Shown piece by piece: positions 54,832 through 64,000 of a stretch of 64,000 nucleotides of DNA. The position numbers and the translations under genes were made by a program. Below the pieces are notes generated by a model. That model was not told where the DNA came from, made no database searches, and saw only the letters and a list, made by a program, of their open reading frames with translations. Source of the DNA: a phage; sequence record OZ346222.1; one strand, written 5' to 3'. The stretch's first letter is position 1. Each line of letters opens with the position of its first letter.

Positions 54832-55642
54832 ACCTGGTCTCCAAAATGTATTGTAGTTCTTTCTTACCTATACTCTTCATTCCAGCAGTCTTACCTGCTT
54901 CTTCTTGAAAAGAAGAATAGCATTCAGCAAACACTCTGTCAACACCGTTAACTAAAGATTTTATGAAATATGTTGATTCTTCAGATTTTGGGTCATCATC
55001 CCCCAATACTTTTCCAGCATTATACCCAACACGTCTTACACAGAAGTCGTAGTCATCTGGTGTGCTAAAAGAAAATAACTTATTCTCTCCAATCTCTACA
55101 GGATCCCTATTGCACGCCTTTTTCTCCCAAATTTGGAAAACACATGGCACGTCATAAGGTTTGCCATTAAGTAAAAACGAATTCTTAGGGCACCTTTCGC
55201 TGTAGACAAGGTGCATCGACATGTCCAGTTTGTTTGCAAAAAATATTTTTTCAAATGTCCGTGGCAAGATGAAGGCTATAGCCCCTCCAAGCTCTAGCAA
55301 TGATGCACAATGGTTAAAGAATTTGCAAGCTAAGGATGAATTCTTGCCAAATGGTGGGTTACCTATGAAGACATCTGCCTTGGGATGCACCTCCAAGAAG
55401 TTTGCCTGAATGCACGGTGTTGGTCCTTCAAATTCAGGATCTGGTACTAAATCGTACGACAGTATCTCTGAAAATAGTTTTGAAAAAGAACCCCTTCCAG
55501 CAGAAGGCTCAACGTATGCACAATTCCCATACTTATCTTTTACTTTACCAACAAGATATTCTGCATACTCAGGGTTTGTGTAGTATTTGTCGTTGGACTC
55601 TTTCTTGCTCAAAGTGCCTCCAAAAGGAAAAGGGAGGCGCAA
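54794..55642 (-). CDS. DNA N6-adenine methyltransferase-like
   Basis: Motif I VEPSAGRGSF; motif IV FIGNPPFG. Confidence 0.65.
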   Translation of the reverse strand: MRLPFPFGGTLSKKESNDKYYTNPEYAEYLVGKVKDKYGNCAYVEPSAGRGSFSKLFSEILSYDLVPDPEFEGPTPCIQANFLEVHPKADVFIGNPPFGKNSSLACKFFNHCASLLELGGAIAFILPRTFEKIFFANKLDMSMHLVYSERCPKNSFLLNGKPYDVPCVFQIWEKKACNRDPVEIGENKLFSFSTPDDYDFCVRRVGYNAGKVLGDDDPKSEESTYFIKSLVNGVDRVFAECYSSFQEEAGKTAGMKSIGKKELQYILETRYDQKHRLDQRTY

Positions 55643-55657
55643 GCCTCCCTATAATTG

Positions 55658-56641
55658 TTAGATTATCTGAATCAGGGTATTTTTCATTTCTTCTCTGGTG
55701 CGGATGTTGTTACGGTCACGAACAACAGATCCACAACCTTCGCAGCGGTATGTTTTAAATGCACTCAGTTGAGTATACGCCAAAGCTTCTTCCTCGTGAA
55801 GGTGTTCTCCACCACAGCGTGGGCAACGAACTTTTGGCTCCTCATCCTGGTAGTACAATGACATGTTGGGGTGCTGCTTAGCAAACGGGCGAGCCAGCAA
55901 ATACAGGCCTTCCAGAGATAGGATATCGCCAACATTGTACTCCCGCATCTGTTTAAACGCCTCAAGATCACCGTGAACACACTTGATCCACATTTCAAAT
56001 GTGTGGTCAATCAGTTTCTGTCGGGCAAGTTGGAAGTATTTGCATGCATACTCCAAAGTGTTTGCATTCAAACGGAATGCCTTCTTGATCATTTTAAGGG
56101 TGTCAACCTCTTTGTAGGGGCTTGTTGGAGGCAATCCGTGAAATGCAAATCGTTGGTTGGCCCACCCACAGTCAAAACCTGAATTGTGGGCTACTGCGAC
56201 ATCACATTTATCCAGATAATACCACAAATCCTGAATCAATTCGAGATCATTGTGAATATCCTCATCCCACATTTTGTAATCAGGAAGAGCGCAGTCAACC
56301 ACACTAGGACTGTCTAACCACTTACCTGCGAAAGTTAGCATGTAGGGCATAATTTCAATACCGCAGGTTTGAATGTTGGTCTTATAGTGCCCAAAGAACC
56401 AGCCGTTTGTTGGAGATGTCTCTGTATCATACACCCAAACTTTAGCACCTTTGTGCTCTTCAAGGAAGCGCTCCGTTGCTTCTCCTACAATCTCTGACAT
56501 ATTCTCTTGTGCACGTTTAAGCTGTAGTCGGATCCAGCTCTCACGTGACTCACGGCCTAAAAATTCACGAGCAATTTGTCTATTAGTGTATCCCTGTTGC
56601 TTTAGTGTTAAAATTTGCTCAAGAGTTAACTTTGTCATCAT
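55658..56641 (-). CDS. DnaQ-like 3'-5' exonuclease with N-terminal HTH and C-terminal zinc ribbon
   Basis: Exo I VYDTETS; Exo II AHNSGFD; CPRCGG ... CEGCG. Confidence 0.55.
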   Translation of the reverse strand: MMTKLTLEQILTLKQQGYTNRQIAREFLGRESRESWIRLQLKRAQENMSEIVGEATERFLEEHKGAKVWVYDTETSPTNGWFFGHYKTNIQTCGIEIMPYMLTFAGKWLDSPSVVDCALPDYKMWDEDIHNDLELIQDLWYYLDKCDVAVAHNSGFDCGWANQRFAFHGLPPTSPYKEVDTLKMIKKAFRLNANTLEYACKYFQLARQKLIDHTFEMWIKCVHGDLEAFKQMREYNVGDILSLEGLYLLARPFAKQHPNMSLYYQDEEPKVRCPRCGGEHLHEEEALAYTQLSAFKTYRCEGCGSVVRDRNNIRTREEMKNTLIQII

Positions 56642-56653
56642 CGTTAAGATTCC

Positions 56654-56875
56654 TTAGTAAAACTGAAGAATGTCTTTTAAAGCGAAGTCACGATATTCGC
56701 CCTTGTCTACATCGAAGGCACGCATCAACCACTGCTCTTCTTTATGATACTCTGTAGAGCCAAACCATAAATTAGGCTCAGTAACGCAGCGATCTGCAAC
56801 AACACCTTTCCAGTTACGGTATTTCATCCTGATCAGAACTGAATCGCAAGGATTGAATACCTTTTTCATCCCCAT
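56654..56875 (-). CDS. hypothetical protein (73 aa)
   Basis: In gene array. Confidence 0.4.
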   Translation of the reverse strand: MGMKKVFNPCDSVLIRMKYRNWKGVVADRCVTEPNLWFGSTEYHKEEQWLMRAFDVDKGEYRDFALKDILQFY

Positions 56876-57419
56876 AGAAATCTCTCTCCTCAGTTTTCTT
56901 TATAAACTCCTGCATGTAGAACTCAATAGCCTCATGCTTGGTGCACTCCGGATTAATGACAAGATTGAGATCTGATTCTGCTCGTGCAATGATCGTAGCT
57001 TTAGAGCATCTCCTCAAGAACTTTGTCATATCATCTCTGTAGTTTTTGTGGAGCGGGAAGTCGCTGTAGTCTTTCTCCAAATAGTCAGCCATCCGGCGCA
57101 ACGCCTCTGATAAACTGCAATCTGTATACTCGTTACAGTATTTCATCCAGTATTTAAGCACATACCCCTCAAAGGTATTAGTGCATTGGGACAAAACACC
57201 CCTGCAACGACCAGTCAGATGGTCATGATCCAAACAAGGCTTACGAAGTGGCTCGCACAAGATAGGATCAAGACCATCCTGCTCCTCTGACAATTCTTTT
57301 CGAAAGTTGGCTATGTCCTTAGAATCTTTTAACCACCCGTTATGAACGGGGGCTTTGACAGCTTTCTTTCTTATTTTACGCTTTGCGATAATCCCTCCAG
57401 ATGCGCCCTGCCTATCCAA
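56814..57419 (-). CDS. endonuclease VII-like junction-resolving nuclease
   Basis: LDHDHLTGRCRGVLSQCTN matches the endonuclease VII family signature; start uncertain due to overlaps. Confidence 0.5.
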   Translation of the reverse strand: MDRQGASGGIIAKRKIRKKAVKAPVHNGWLKDSKDIANFRKELSEEQDGLDPILCEPLRKPCLDHDHLTGRCRGVLSQCTNTFEGYVLKYWMKYCNEYTDCSLSEALRRMADYLEKDYSDFPLHKNYRDDMTKFLRRCSKATIIARAESDLNLVINPECTKHEAIEFYMQEFIKKTEERDFYGDEKGIQSLRFSSDQDEIP

Positions 57420-58000
57420 TAAGCATCTGCGAGATCGGCCTTACCTTGTACCAAATTGATCCCATCTAGGAACCCAGGTTCAGATACTTCGCAGGCCTTA
57501 ACCATCAACTTTTTATCCATCGTAACAGGTTTCTTCACAGTATGCTCTTTACCTGTCTTTTTGTCAAGCTTTTTCTTCTCCTCGAAAGCAAGTTCCTCAG
57601 GAAGATGACCACGAGCAAACTTTTTGGCAGTTGTTGGTGTCACTGTGTGGACCTTAAACAGGCCGTCATTTTCACAATCCGCTAAGGCATCCCAAAGCAT
57701 AACTTCAAGACCGTAAAACAACCCAGCCAGTTCACGTGTGGCATCCCCGCGTGATCCAAAGGAAAGCCCTTCCATAACTACAGTGTCAACGCCGTGCGTG
57801 TGGATATAATATCTGACCTGTTTGCAGATCCAGTCAATACGCTCAGCAGCTGTTGCAAAAGAAACCGTCCCTGGTTTCTTCTCTTTTGCAGATGAGCTTT
57901 GAGTTCGTAACACAACCTTATGAACAGGCTTTCCATCGTCCCATACAACGCAAGCTGTGTGTGTCAACGACTGGTCTATGGATAATAGACGCTCTCTCAT
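57371..58000 (-). CDS. RuvC-like Holliday junction resolvase
   Basis: N-terminal LLSIDQSLTHTACVV and VVMEGLSFGSRGD resemble RuvC-family catalytic segments. Confidence 0.45.
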   Translation of the reverse strand: MRERLLSIDQSLTHTACVVWDDGKPVHKVVLRTQSSSAKEKKPGTVSFATAAERIDWICKQVRYYIHTHGVDTVVMEGLSFGSRGDATRELAGLFYGLEVMLWDALADCENDGLFKVHTVTPTTAKKFARGHLPEELAFEEKKKLDKKTGKEHTVKKPVTMDKKLMVKACEVSEPGFLDGINLVQGKADLADAYWIGRAHLEGLSQSVK

Positions 58001-58332
58001 GCTTCCTCATCCTCCTCTCCTTCATCAGGAGCATAAGCCTTATCTTTGAACAATACGAGAGAGCAAAGCTTAACATCTGTTTCCACACTGGTGAACATGC
58101 ATAACCGCTCGCCCTCAATCAGCTCACAATCCTCTTTTAAAACAGCAGACCATACACGGTCATCTGCGTAATCATCCGTGTACAGGATGTATGAAATGGT
58201 GTCATCTTCATACAACCGCCACATACCTGTGGCAACAACGAATGTATTTTTTGTTTTAAGTGTCCCTGTTGTGTGATCATCCTCAAAAACAGCTTCCATA
58301 ATTGCGTTATCTACAGAATTTTTAGTCATCAA
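57997..58332 (-). CDS. hypothetical acidic protein (111 aa)
   Basis: Overlapping stop/start. Confidence 0.45.
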   Translation of the reverse strand: MMTKNSVDNAIMEAVFEDDHTTGTLKTKNTFVVATGMWRLYEDDTISYILYTDDYADDRVWSAVLKEDCELIEGERLCMFTSVETDVKLCSLVLFKDKAYAPDEGEEDEEA

Positions 58333-59468
58333 ATTGCTCCAACATTTCTAAGAACGTTAACAAGTTTTGTTTGATCATTGAATGTTCGCTTCATATACAA
58401 ACAGTCAAAAATTATACTCATCCATTGACCTACGGAGATTCTACGATCAATACCATTGAAGTCAGTATACTTAACAACACCTTTCGGGAACCACTTCTTG
58501 TACTGATCAATAATAGCCACCCACATCTCCTTTGGAGTGCTGCACTGAGACAGTAGGTAGAATGCTGAGGCATCTCCGAACTTACCCTTACCGATAAGTC
58601 CTTGATACGGCTTGATGTTGTCAGCAGAGTCACCACACAGCATTTGGTATCCGAAGAACAGCATTCCGTAACCACCAACCTCTCCATTAGGCTTCATGAA
58701 GATGTTCCCCATACCGTTATCGATCAGCATAGGGGTTTCCCTTACAAAATCTCCCTTATCGTTTCGCATGGGATCGAACACAAGCCCCGGTAGTGTTCTT
58801 TGGTCCTTATCAATAGAGATAATAAACTTGTTGAACTTACCTGTTTTTTGGTAGTGGTTCCAACCTTCAAATTGCTGGATAGCTAACCAGTCATCAGCCT
58901 CGATACCGTTGATCACTTGAGCATTATACTGCTTTTGGAGATACTGTCTTGCATCTCCAAGCAGCAGTGGTCGAAGAGTATTGTTACGGTTGGCTTTGTA
59001 TCTTTCCGGCATTGGAAGATCTAGTCTGAAGTTACCTGTGCCTCCCAACACCCCGACACATCGCTCTTCCGGAATACCAAGATAGTTAAGAACTGCATTT
59101 GCCTTACATTTTATTGTGTGCAAGCAGTTCTCTACAGGGTCAGGTGTTTGGATATCCAAGACATCAAAATCTTCACGTGTCCACGGAATAAACTCCTTAC
59201 CAGACTTTTTACATGCGGCTTCACGGTTGGTATTCTCAGCTTTTAGCCAACCACCAACGGTGTTCTTCTGCCGCCCCCAGAACTCTGTTCGTGTTTTAAA
59301 CATCTTCTTACGTCCGGAGGCTTTGTGTGTTACCTCAATTGTCCTTTTTTCACAACTTGCTGCAGCTTGATATGCAACCTGATCGAAGTCATAATAAACT
59401 ATAGCGTCAGGTTCAAGAAGATCAGCCAGACAATCTATGGACTCAATAAGTGGATATTCTCTACTCAA
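58329..59468 (-). CDS. 5'-3' exonuclease / flap endonuclease (FEN family)
   Basis: GIEADDWLA (GxEADD motif), ISIDKDQ, GDSADNIKP. Confidence 0.7.
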   Translation of the reverse strand: MSREYPLIESIDCLADLLEPDAIVYYDFDQVAYQAAASCEKRTIEVTHKASGRKKMFKTRTEFWGRQKNTVGGWLKAENTNREAACKKSGKEFIPWTREDFDVLDIQTPDPVENCLHTIKCKANAVLNYLGIPEERCVGVLGGTGNFRLDLPMPERYKANRNNTLRPLLLGDARQYLQKQYNAQVINGIEADDWLAIQQFEGWNHYQKTGKFNKFIISIDKDQRTLPGLVFDPMRNDKGDFVRETPMLIDNGMGNIFMKPNGEVGGYGMLFFGYQMLCGDSADNIKPYQGLIGKGKFGDASAFYLLSQCSTPKEMWVAIIDQYKKWFPKGVVKYTDFNGIDRRISVGQWMSIIFDCLYMKRTFNDQTKLVNVLRNVGAI

Positions 59469-59769
59469 AGACCCTCCTGTTAGTTATTCTGCAAGATGGT
59501 TGGATGCTGTAATGGAATGCATCATCACTCTCTGCAATAAGTGACTCAACATCCCAATACTTTTCAAAAAGGAACGGATTAGACCCCCAGTGGTGGGTTA
59601 TTTTCATCAAGGAGTCTGGTATCATATAACCACAGATCTTAATTACATCGCCAGGTTGAATTGTGTTTTCATGAAGGTTGCTTGCCTTCTTCAGAATCAT
59701 ACCTTTATGATTCTCGTTTGCATACAACTGGACAATATCTTTATCTTCAACAATAAAAATTTTAAGCAT
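59461..59769 (-). CDS. hypothetical protein (102 aa)
   Basis: Overlapping stop/start. Confidence 0.45.
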   Translation of the reverse strand: MLKIFIVEDKDIVQLYANENHKGMILKKASNLHENTIQPGDVIKICGYMIPDSLMKITHHWGSNPFLFEKYWDVESLIAESDDAFHYSIQPSCRITNRRVFE

Positions 59770-59828
59770 ACCTAGTTCTCCTAGTTTATAGATATCTGAC
59801 CGATAATATCAGATTAATAACACTTTTG

Positions 59829-60122
59829 TCAAGACTTTTTAGTCTTTCTTGGAGAGCTTTTTGTTGATCTTTTCCTTTTGTGGTAGATTCCAAGTGCAGC
59901 GTTTTCTTGGGCGCACGTTTTAACAGTTCTCAGACAAGAGCTTTCAGCTTTAGGCAGGTTTAACTCCCACCAACCAAGCCAGTAAAGTTCTGATTCAGAC
60001 AACTGCTCAGATTCAGCCTTCCGATACAAGGCTTGCATACCCCTGATGATATCGTCCAGAGGTGTATCGAATACAAAAGCTGTCTTATCGAATTTCTCTT
60101 TTACAGATCTCTTAGCCATCAA
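59829..60122 (-). CDS. hypothetical basic protein (97 aa)
   Basis: In gene array. Confidence 0.4.
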   Translation of the reverse strand: MMAKRSVKEKFDKTAFVFDTPLDDIIRGMQALYRKAESEQLSESELYWLGWWELNLPKAESSCLRTVKTCAQENAALGIYHKRKRSTKSSPRKTKKS

Positions 60123-60576
60123 GGTAACCCTCTATCCACGAAAAGTCAGTCTTCCATTCTGGAACTTTACTAAGCTCGCGCCACTCTGCAAAGCAGTCTC
60201 GGTAATACGCCTCTGCCATACCTCTGGTGATCTTATTCACCTTAGCCAACTGATTAACTGCCTGAGCATACTTTCCACGGATATTTGCTAATCCAGGATG
60301 TACCGATGTGTGACAATCTGGGCACAACGCTATCAGTCCGACAAGCCGGATCACTCCCTCTTCGAAAGTGTAAAGTTCATGACACTCCACTGGATGTTTG
60401 CTGCCTTTACCGCCGCACACCTCGCAAGTGTAGTTTGCCTCTCTGTAGCACTTCTTACGGATCTTATCCCACTCACTCTTCTTCACAGCGTTTCGGAGGT
60501 TATTATACCAAGCTGTTTCTGGGATCAGTTGCACAATAAGCCTGCGTTCAGACCTCATTAAACGTCCGTCTTCCAC
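60112..60576 (-). CDS. HNH endonuclease-like protein
   Basis: CEVCGG ... ECHE ... LCPDCHTSVH (CxxC ... LCxxCHxxxH). Confidence 0.45.
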   Translation of the reverse strand: MEDGRLMRSERRLIVQLIPETAWYNNLRNAVKKSEWDKIRKKCYREANYTCEVCGGKGSKHPVECHELYTFEEGVIRLVGLIALCPDCHTSVHPGLANIRGKYAQAVNQLAKVNKITRGMAEAYYRDCFAEWRELSKVPEWKTDFSWIEGYLDG

Positions 60577-60585
60577 GTATCCCCC

Positions 60586-60792
60586 TTATTCAAAGAAATG
60601 GGTGCGAGGGCAGGAACCTGCCTCGCCTTGTTTCACAAGCTCGTAGAGCTCACCTTGGCTTGTCTCATAAAGGCAAATACGTTTACCATTGTCCCGATAC
60701 ACATCGACAAGATACGCTGTTTCACCTGCAAACACGACACCACAGGCCAGACATGCTGCCATGAACAAAATTGCCAACAGAAAATCTTTCAT
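60586..60792 (-). CDS. small secreted protein/lipoprotein (about 68 aa)
   Basis: MKDFLLAILFMAACLACGVVFA signal-like N-terminus with possible lipobox; immediately downstream of endolysin. Confidence 0.4.
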   Translation of the reverse strand: MKDFLLAILFMAACLACGVVFAGETAYLVDVYRDNGKRICLYETSQGELYELVKQGEAGSCPRTHFFE

Positions 60793-60855
60793 GGTTAAAC
60801 ACTCCATAACATTTTATGAGGTAACAATACCACGTCCGTGTGGTTATGTCAATGA

Positions 60856-61326
60856 TCAATCCAGGACAATGCCGCCTGCCTTTTTAAACACCTCGATCAA
60901 CTTCTCGATCTTCTGTTCATGCTGACCATATCCAGCGCCGGGTAACGAAGCCCAGCGGGAACGGCATTTGCGGATAGCTTCGTGGATACGCCCTTCGTCA
61001 ATGTCGGCGAGAGCCTTGCACTCACGGATCAGTTGCAACGCAATCTTGTCCTGACTGGCAGGGCCAAAATCTGGTAATCCTAGCTGTTTCATGTAGTGTT
61101 TAGCAAACTTCTCCAAAACCTGGTAACGACCAGCAGCGGAGGAGGTAAGTTTAGCATTTAGCTTAACGTAAACACCTGGATGCTTGCTGTAATCGCTGAA
61201 CAGCTTGCCGCCGACTATGACATCGTACCCCCGATCCTTGGTAGGTTGTCTACCATTATCTGTTCCTTCCGAATATGCGATCATATCCAAGAAAGCTTTT
61301 CGTTGAACATTTTTATCAAGTTTCAT
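60856..61326 (-). CDS. endolysin, lambda R-type lytic transglycosylase
   Basis: QRKAFLDMIAYSEGTDNGRQ ... GYDVIVGG ... AGRYQ ... WASLPGAGYGQHE closely parallels phage lambda R; start set at internal Met (156 aa). Confidence 0.85.
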   Translation of the reverse strand: MKLDKNVQRKAFLDMIAYSEGTDNGRQPTKDRGYDVIVGGKLFSDYSKHPGVYVKLNAKLTSSAAGRYQVLEKFAKHYMKQLGLPDFGPASQDKIALQLIRECKALADIDEGRIHEAIRKCRSRWASLPGAGYGQHEQKIEKLIEVFKKAGGIVLD

Positions 61327-61449
61327 TTTCATACTCTCCAGTTTGCTCATAACTAACCCGATCAACAACACTGCATAGTGTGGTTATGTAGGTGCCAATT
61401 GAAAAACCATCATTCAATTGGCTACCGTTACCTACTAAACCATCCTACA

Positions 61450-62733
61450 TCATTCCAGAACCTCCCAAGTATCTGGGTTAACATTTCGGACGCAGATACC
61501 GACAGGGAATTGGTAGTTGTTGTCTTCTGTCCTTGCTTGATATTTGAAGGTGACAAACTTGCCGATCATTTCCTGCATCCTGTCATAGCTACGCTCCTCG
61601 TGCGTGCCTTTCATCTTCATTTTAACAACAACACCTTCCTTGTCAACACAGATAAGAACACCTTCATCATTCTTATCTTTCTCAACGTCAATAACTTTCA
61701 CCTCTGCGTCGTTGAACTTTTTCCATTTCAATGCTTCAGATGTTCGCTGACCATACTCATATTTACCACAGAAGTTACGCATAATGGTACCTTCATATCC
61801 TTCAGACATAAATATACCAACAGACTCTTCGCACCGATCAACCGTATATGCAAGCTCTGCATCAACAACCTTAATATGATCAAGCATCAAAGAAGTAATA
61901 GCACCGTTTGCCTCCATAAGATCCTTACAGCGACCAGACTCTGTTTCAGGATCCCACCACACCTTATCGCTAGGAATATCGAAAATATGATACTCTAAGT
62001 CGTAGCTGCAGTACCCTTCGTAACGCAAATCATCACGAACAGGCTCAACATCAACAGGAATGTCCACCTTGTTGAAGTTTTTGTATGTTGCTAAACCTGC
62101 TTTAATCGCAGCCTGACGGCGTTTTTTATCTGCCTTGTAGTCTTTATCGATCTCGGCCTGAATTTCTTCCTGTGTGCGCCACCGTTTAGCAAGAGACACT
62201 ATTTTCTGCAGAGGTAGACCATGAATATAGAGCTCTCCGTCGAGCTGTTTAATCCCGGTGGTTAGGTGGAAAGAGCGAAGTTGCTCCAGAAGCTTTCCTT
62301 GAATAGGGTAGGACTTATTACCACGGGAAATAAATTTAGGCTCACCATTCTGGAAAACAACAAGTAGACGAAGGCCATCTAACTTACGCAAGATCCAGCA
62401 AGGTAATTTAAGTGCCTTGCCACGCTTCAGGTAGTCATGCACCAACATGGGTAAAAGATCAACACCTTGCTCACAATCTTCCATACTCTCCACGTACCCG
62501 AGTCGGACCTGTTTTTCCCACTTACTGATCGCTTCCAGCTCGGCCTGTTGCTCAGCTGTAGTTTCATTGGCGCGACCCACGTTCTTAGGTGTGCAGATCG
62601 TCTCTTTGTATTGCAGTTTACCATCAAGCTTGCCAAACTCTACGATAACCTTATCACCATCCGTGAATACTTTCCACTGTTGGTAGCTGCCATCTTTGTT
62701 CAGTGCGTACAGTGTTGTTTTGATTTGATGCAT
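61450..62733 (-). CDS. ATP-dependent DNA ligase
   Basis: Adenylation motif I KLDGLR; 427 aa. Confidence 0.75.
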   Translation of the reverse strand: MHQIKTTLYALNKDGSYQQWKVFTDGDKVIVEFGKLDGKLQYKETICTPKNVGRANETTAEQQAELEAISKWEKQVRLGYVESMEDCEQGVDLLPMLVHDYLKRGKALKLPCWILRKLDGLRLLVVFQNGEPKFISRGNKSYPIQGKLLEQLRSFHLTTGIKQLDGELYIHGLPLQKIVSLAKRWRTQEEIQAEIDKDYKADKKRRQAAIKAGLATYKNFNKVDIPVDVEPVRDDLRYEGYCSYDLEYHIFDIPSDKVWWDPETESGRCKDLMEANGAITSLMLDHIKVVDAELAYTVDRCEESVGIFMSEGYEGTIMRNFCGKYEYGQRTSEALKWKKFNDAEVKVIDVEKDKNDEGVLICVDKEGVVVKMKMKGTHEERSYDRMQEMIGKFVTFKYQARTEDNNYQFPVGICVRNVNPDTWEVLE

Positions 62734-63002
62734 TACTCGGCCTCTTCCTTAAAAATTTTAAACATCTCTTCTTTACTCATTACCAACCAGTCCCCCATAA
62801 AATCAACAAGCCAATCACCCTGGTACAAGACTAGGTTACCAAACGGCTCTACAAGCTCACACATGCGACGAAGATCTCTGGTCCGAACAGGTGACGATGT
62901 AAACACACCTGTATCAATCCACCGTTGCAGATCAGATACTGATGAAGAGCTTCCGTCAAACTGGTGTGCTTCTACAGGTTTAGCAAGATTAAATAACGGC
63001 AT
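62733..63002 (-). CDS. hypothetical protein (89 aa)
   Basis: Overlapping stop/start. Confidence 0.45.
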   Translation of the reverse strand: MPLFNLAKPVEAHQFDGSSSSVSDLQRWIDTGVFTSSPVRTRDLRRMCELVEPFGNLVLYQGDWLVDFMGDWLVMSKEEMFKIFKEEAE

Positions 63003-63327
63003 TGCAGTCCTCCTTATCTAATAGATCTTTTATTGGGTAAACAAGCAGGTGTGGATCGTAATAATTTATAGTTTTATTCTGCCACACTATGAACTTAATT
63101 ACAACTAAATTTACCACATCTTTATCTCCATGTAGTCCAACACACAGATTTGTCCATATTTTGTGGTTGAATACTTTGCTGTCGATGTAGATCTTAGTGT
63201 CAAACTTATCCTCTATCCTGCCTATAAGTTTAACCAACTCTTTCATCTGATCCCCAAACACAGCATCGTTTTCAAGATCTCTAGAGTGCTTGTACATAAC
63301 TATCTGCCTCACTTGCATACTTTCCAC
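62989..63327 (-). CDS. hypothetical protein (112 aa)
   Basis: In gene array. Confidence 0.45.
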   Translation of the reverse strand: MESMQVRQIVMYKHSRDLENDAVFGDQMKELVKLIGRIEDKFDTKIYIDSKVFNHKIWTNLCVGLHGDKDVVNLVVIKFIVWQNKTINYYDPHLLVYPIKDLLDKEDCNAVI

Positions 63328-63360
63328 AACAAGTAAAGCCGGGTAATCCCGGCCATGTTG

Positions 63361-63999
63361 TTAAATATACTCTGCTACATCCTTGAAGCTCGAAGGCTTC
63401 ATGATCTTACCTTTACTGTCAAGGAATATGATAACTTTATTACCGTTGTAGAATTCTTCCTTAGCAACAAAACCTTCATATCGACCATCAAAGCGTCGCT
63501 CAAGATCTTTAATCTCCAACTCTATGAGTTGTTCAGCAGGCATATCTGCACTGGCACCGTGTGAATACCGTAGATGGTTGACCCGTGCAAACTTGCTGTC
63601 ATTCGATTTGAGAACCTTACGCATCATCCCGCACACATCGCCGCGAAGCTGGAACAGCAAAGCTGTTGACAACTCCGCTAAACGGTAAGCTGACGCTCTT
63701 TGCTTGGATGTGTTTTTCGCAGCGATCAGTGTGTCATAGAACTCACCGATCTTGAACTTAAGACCTCGTGGATTATCAAACAGGTTTGACCACTTTTCGT
63801 GATTGTCATTAACAAGATAAGCTGCATAACTTGTGACAACGTGAAGATCGCAGGCCTCCTTTAGCAGGTGATCTCCACCATCACCTTTCTCCAGCTCTTC
63901 CAAAACTTCATTGAACTCTTCCTCAATGAAGCTAAGCTGTAATTCGAATGGTGTGTATGATTTTTTCACTTTAGCTGCCACACGGTTCCAGTTTTCCAC
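63361..63999 (-). CDS. MazG-like nucleotide pyrophosphohydrolase domain protein
   Basis: N-terminal FIEEEFNEVLEELEKGD ... LLKEACDLHVV resembles MazG EExxE/ExxD metal-binding helices; start at window edge. Confidence 0.4.
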   Translation of the reverse strand: MENWNRVAAKVKKSYTPFELQLSFIEEEFNEVLEELEKGDGGDHLLKEACDLHVVTSYAAYLVNDNHEKWSNLFDNPRGLKFKIGEFYDTLIAAKNTSKQRASAYRLAELSTALLFQLRGDVCGMMRKVLKSNDSKFARVNHLRYSHGASADMPAEQLIELEIKDLERRFDGRYEGFVAKEEFYNGNKVIIFLDSKGKIMKPSSFKDVAEYI

Positions 64000-64000
64000 C

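Overview
This window looks like the early/middle region of a large tailed dsDNA phage of a Gram-negative (proteobacterial) host; no virion structural genes are visible. Inference rests on consensus sigma70-type promoters (TTGACA-N16/17-TATAAT-like), hairpin plus T-run terminators, and an E. coli-SSB-like DDDIPF tail. Two gene blocks converge on a repeat-rich non-coding region of about 2.4 kb (26.9-29.3 kb). The rightward block (1-26.8 kb) carries a C5-methyltransferase-like gene, a TOPRIM primase/DnaB-like helicase, a family A DNA polymerase apparently interrupted by a small group I intron, an SSB-like protein, a TARG1-like macrodomain, and about 50 short early genes, many with their own promoter, 5' stem-loop and conserved RBS. 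The leftward block (64 to 29.3 kb) carries a MazG-like protein, ATP-dependent ligase, lambda-R-type endolysin, HNH endonuclease, flap endonuclease, RuvC-like and endonuclease VII-like resolvases, DnaQ-like exonuclease, two amino-methyltransferases, dNMP kinase, HAD nucleotidase, ThyX-like protein, class I RNR (nrdA/nrdB), glutaredoxin, class III RNR (nrdD/nrdG), PhoH, and a ClpP-like protease. These are followed by about 40 tightly packed small genes that include an HPF (ribosome hibernation factor) homolog and several paralogous acidic-protein families. The most notable candidates are the putative group I intron in the polymerase gene, the two repeat-rich non-coding islands (15.0-16.1 kb and 26.9-29.3 kb), the phage HPF and macrodomain genes, and the paralog-rich small-gene operon. 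All calls are from reading the sequence and ORF translations; no database search was run.
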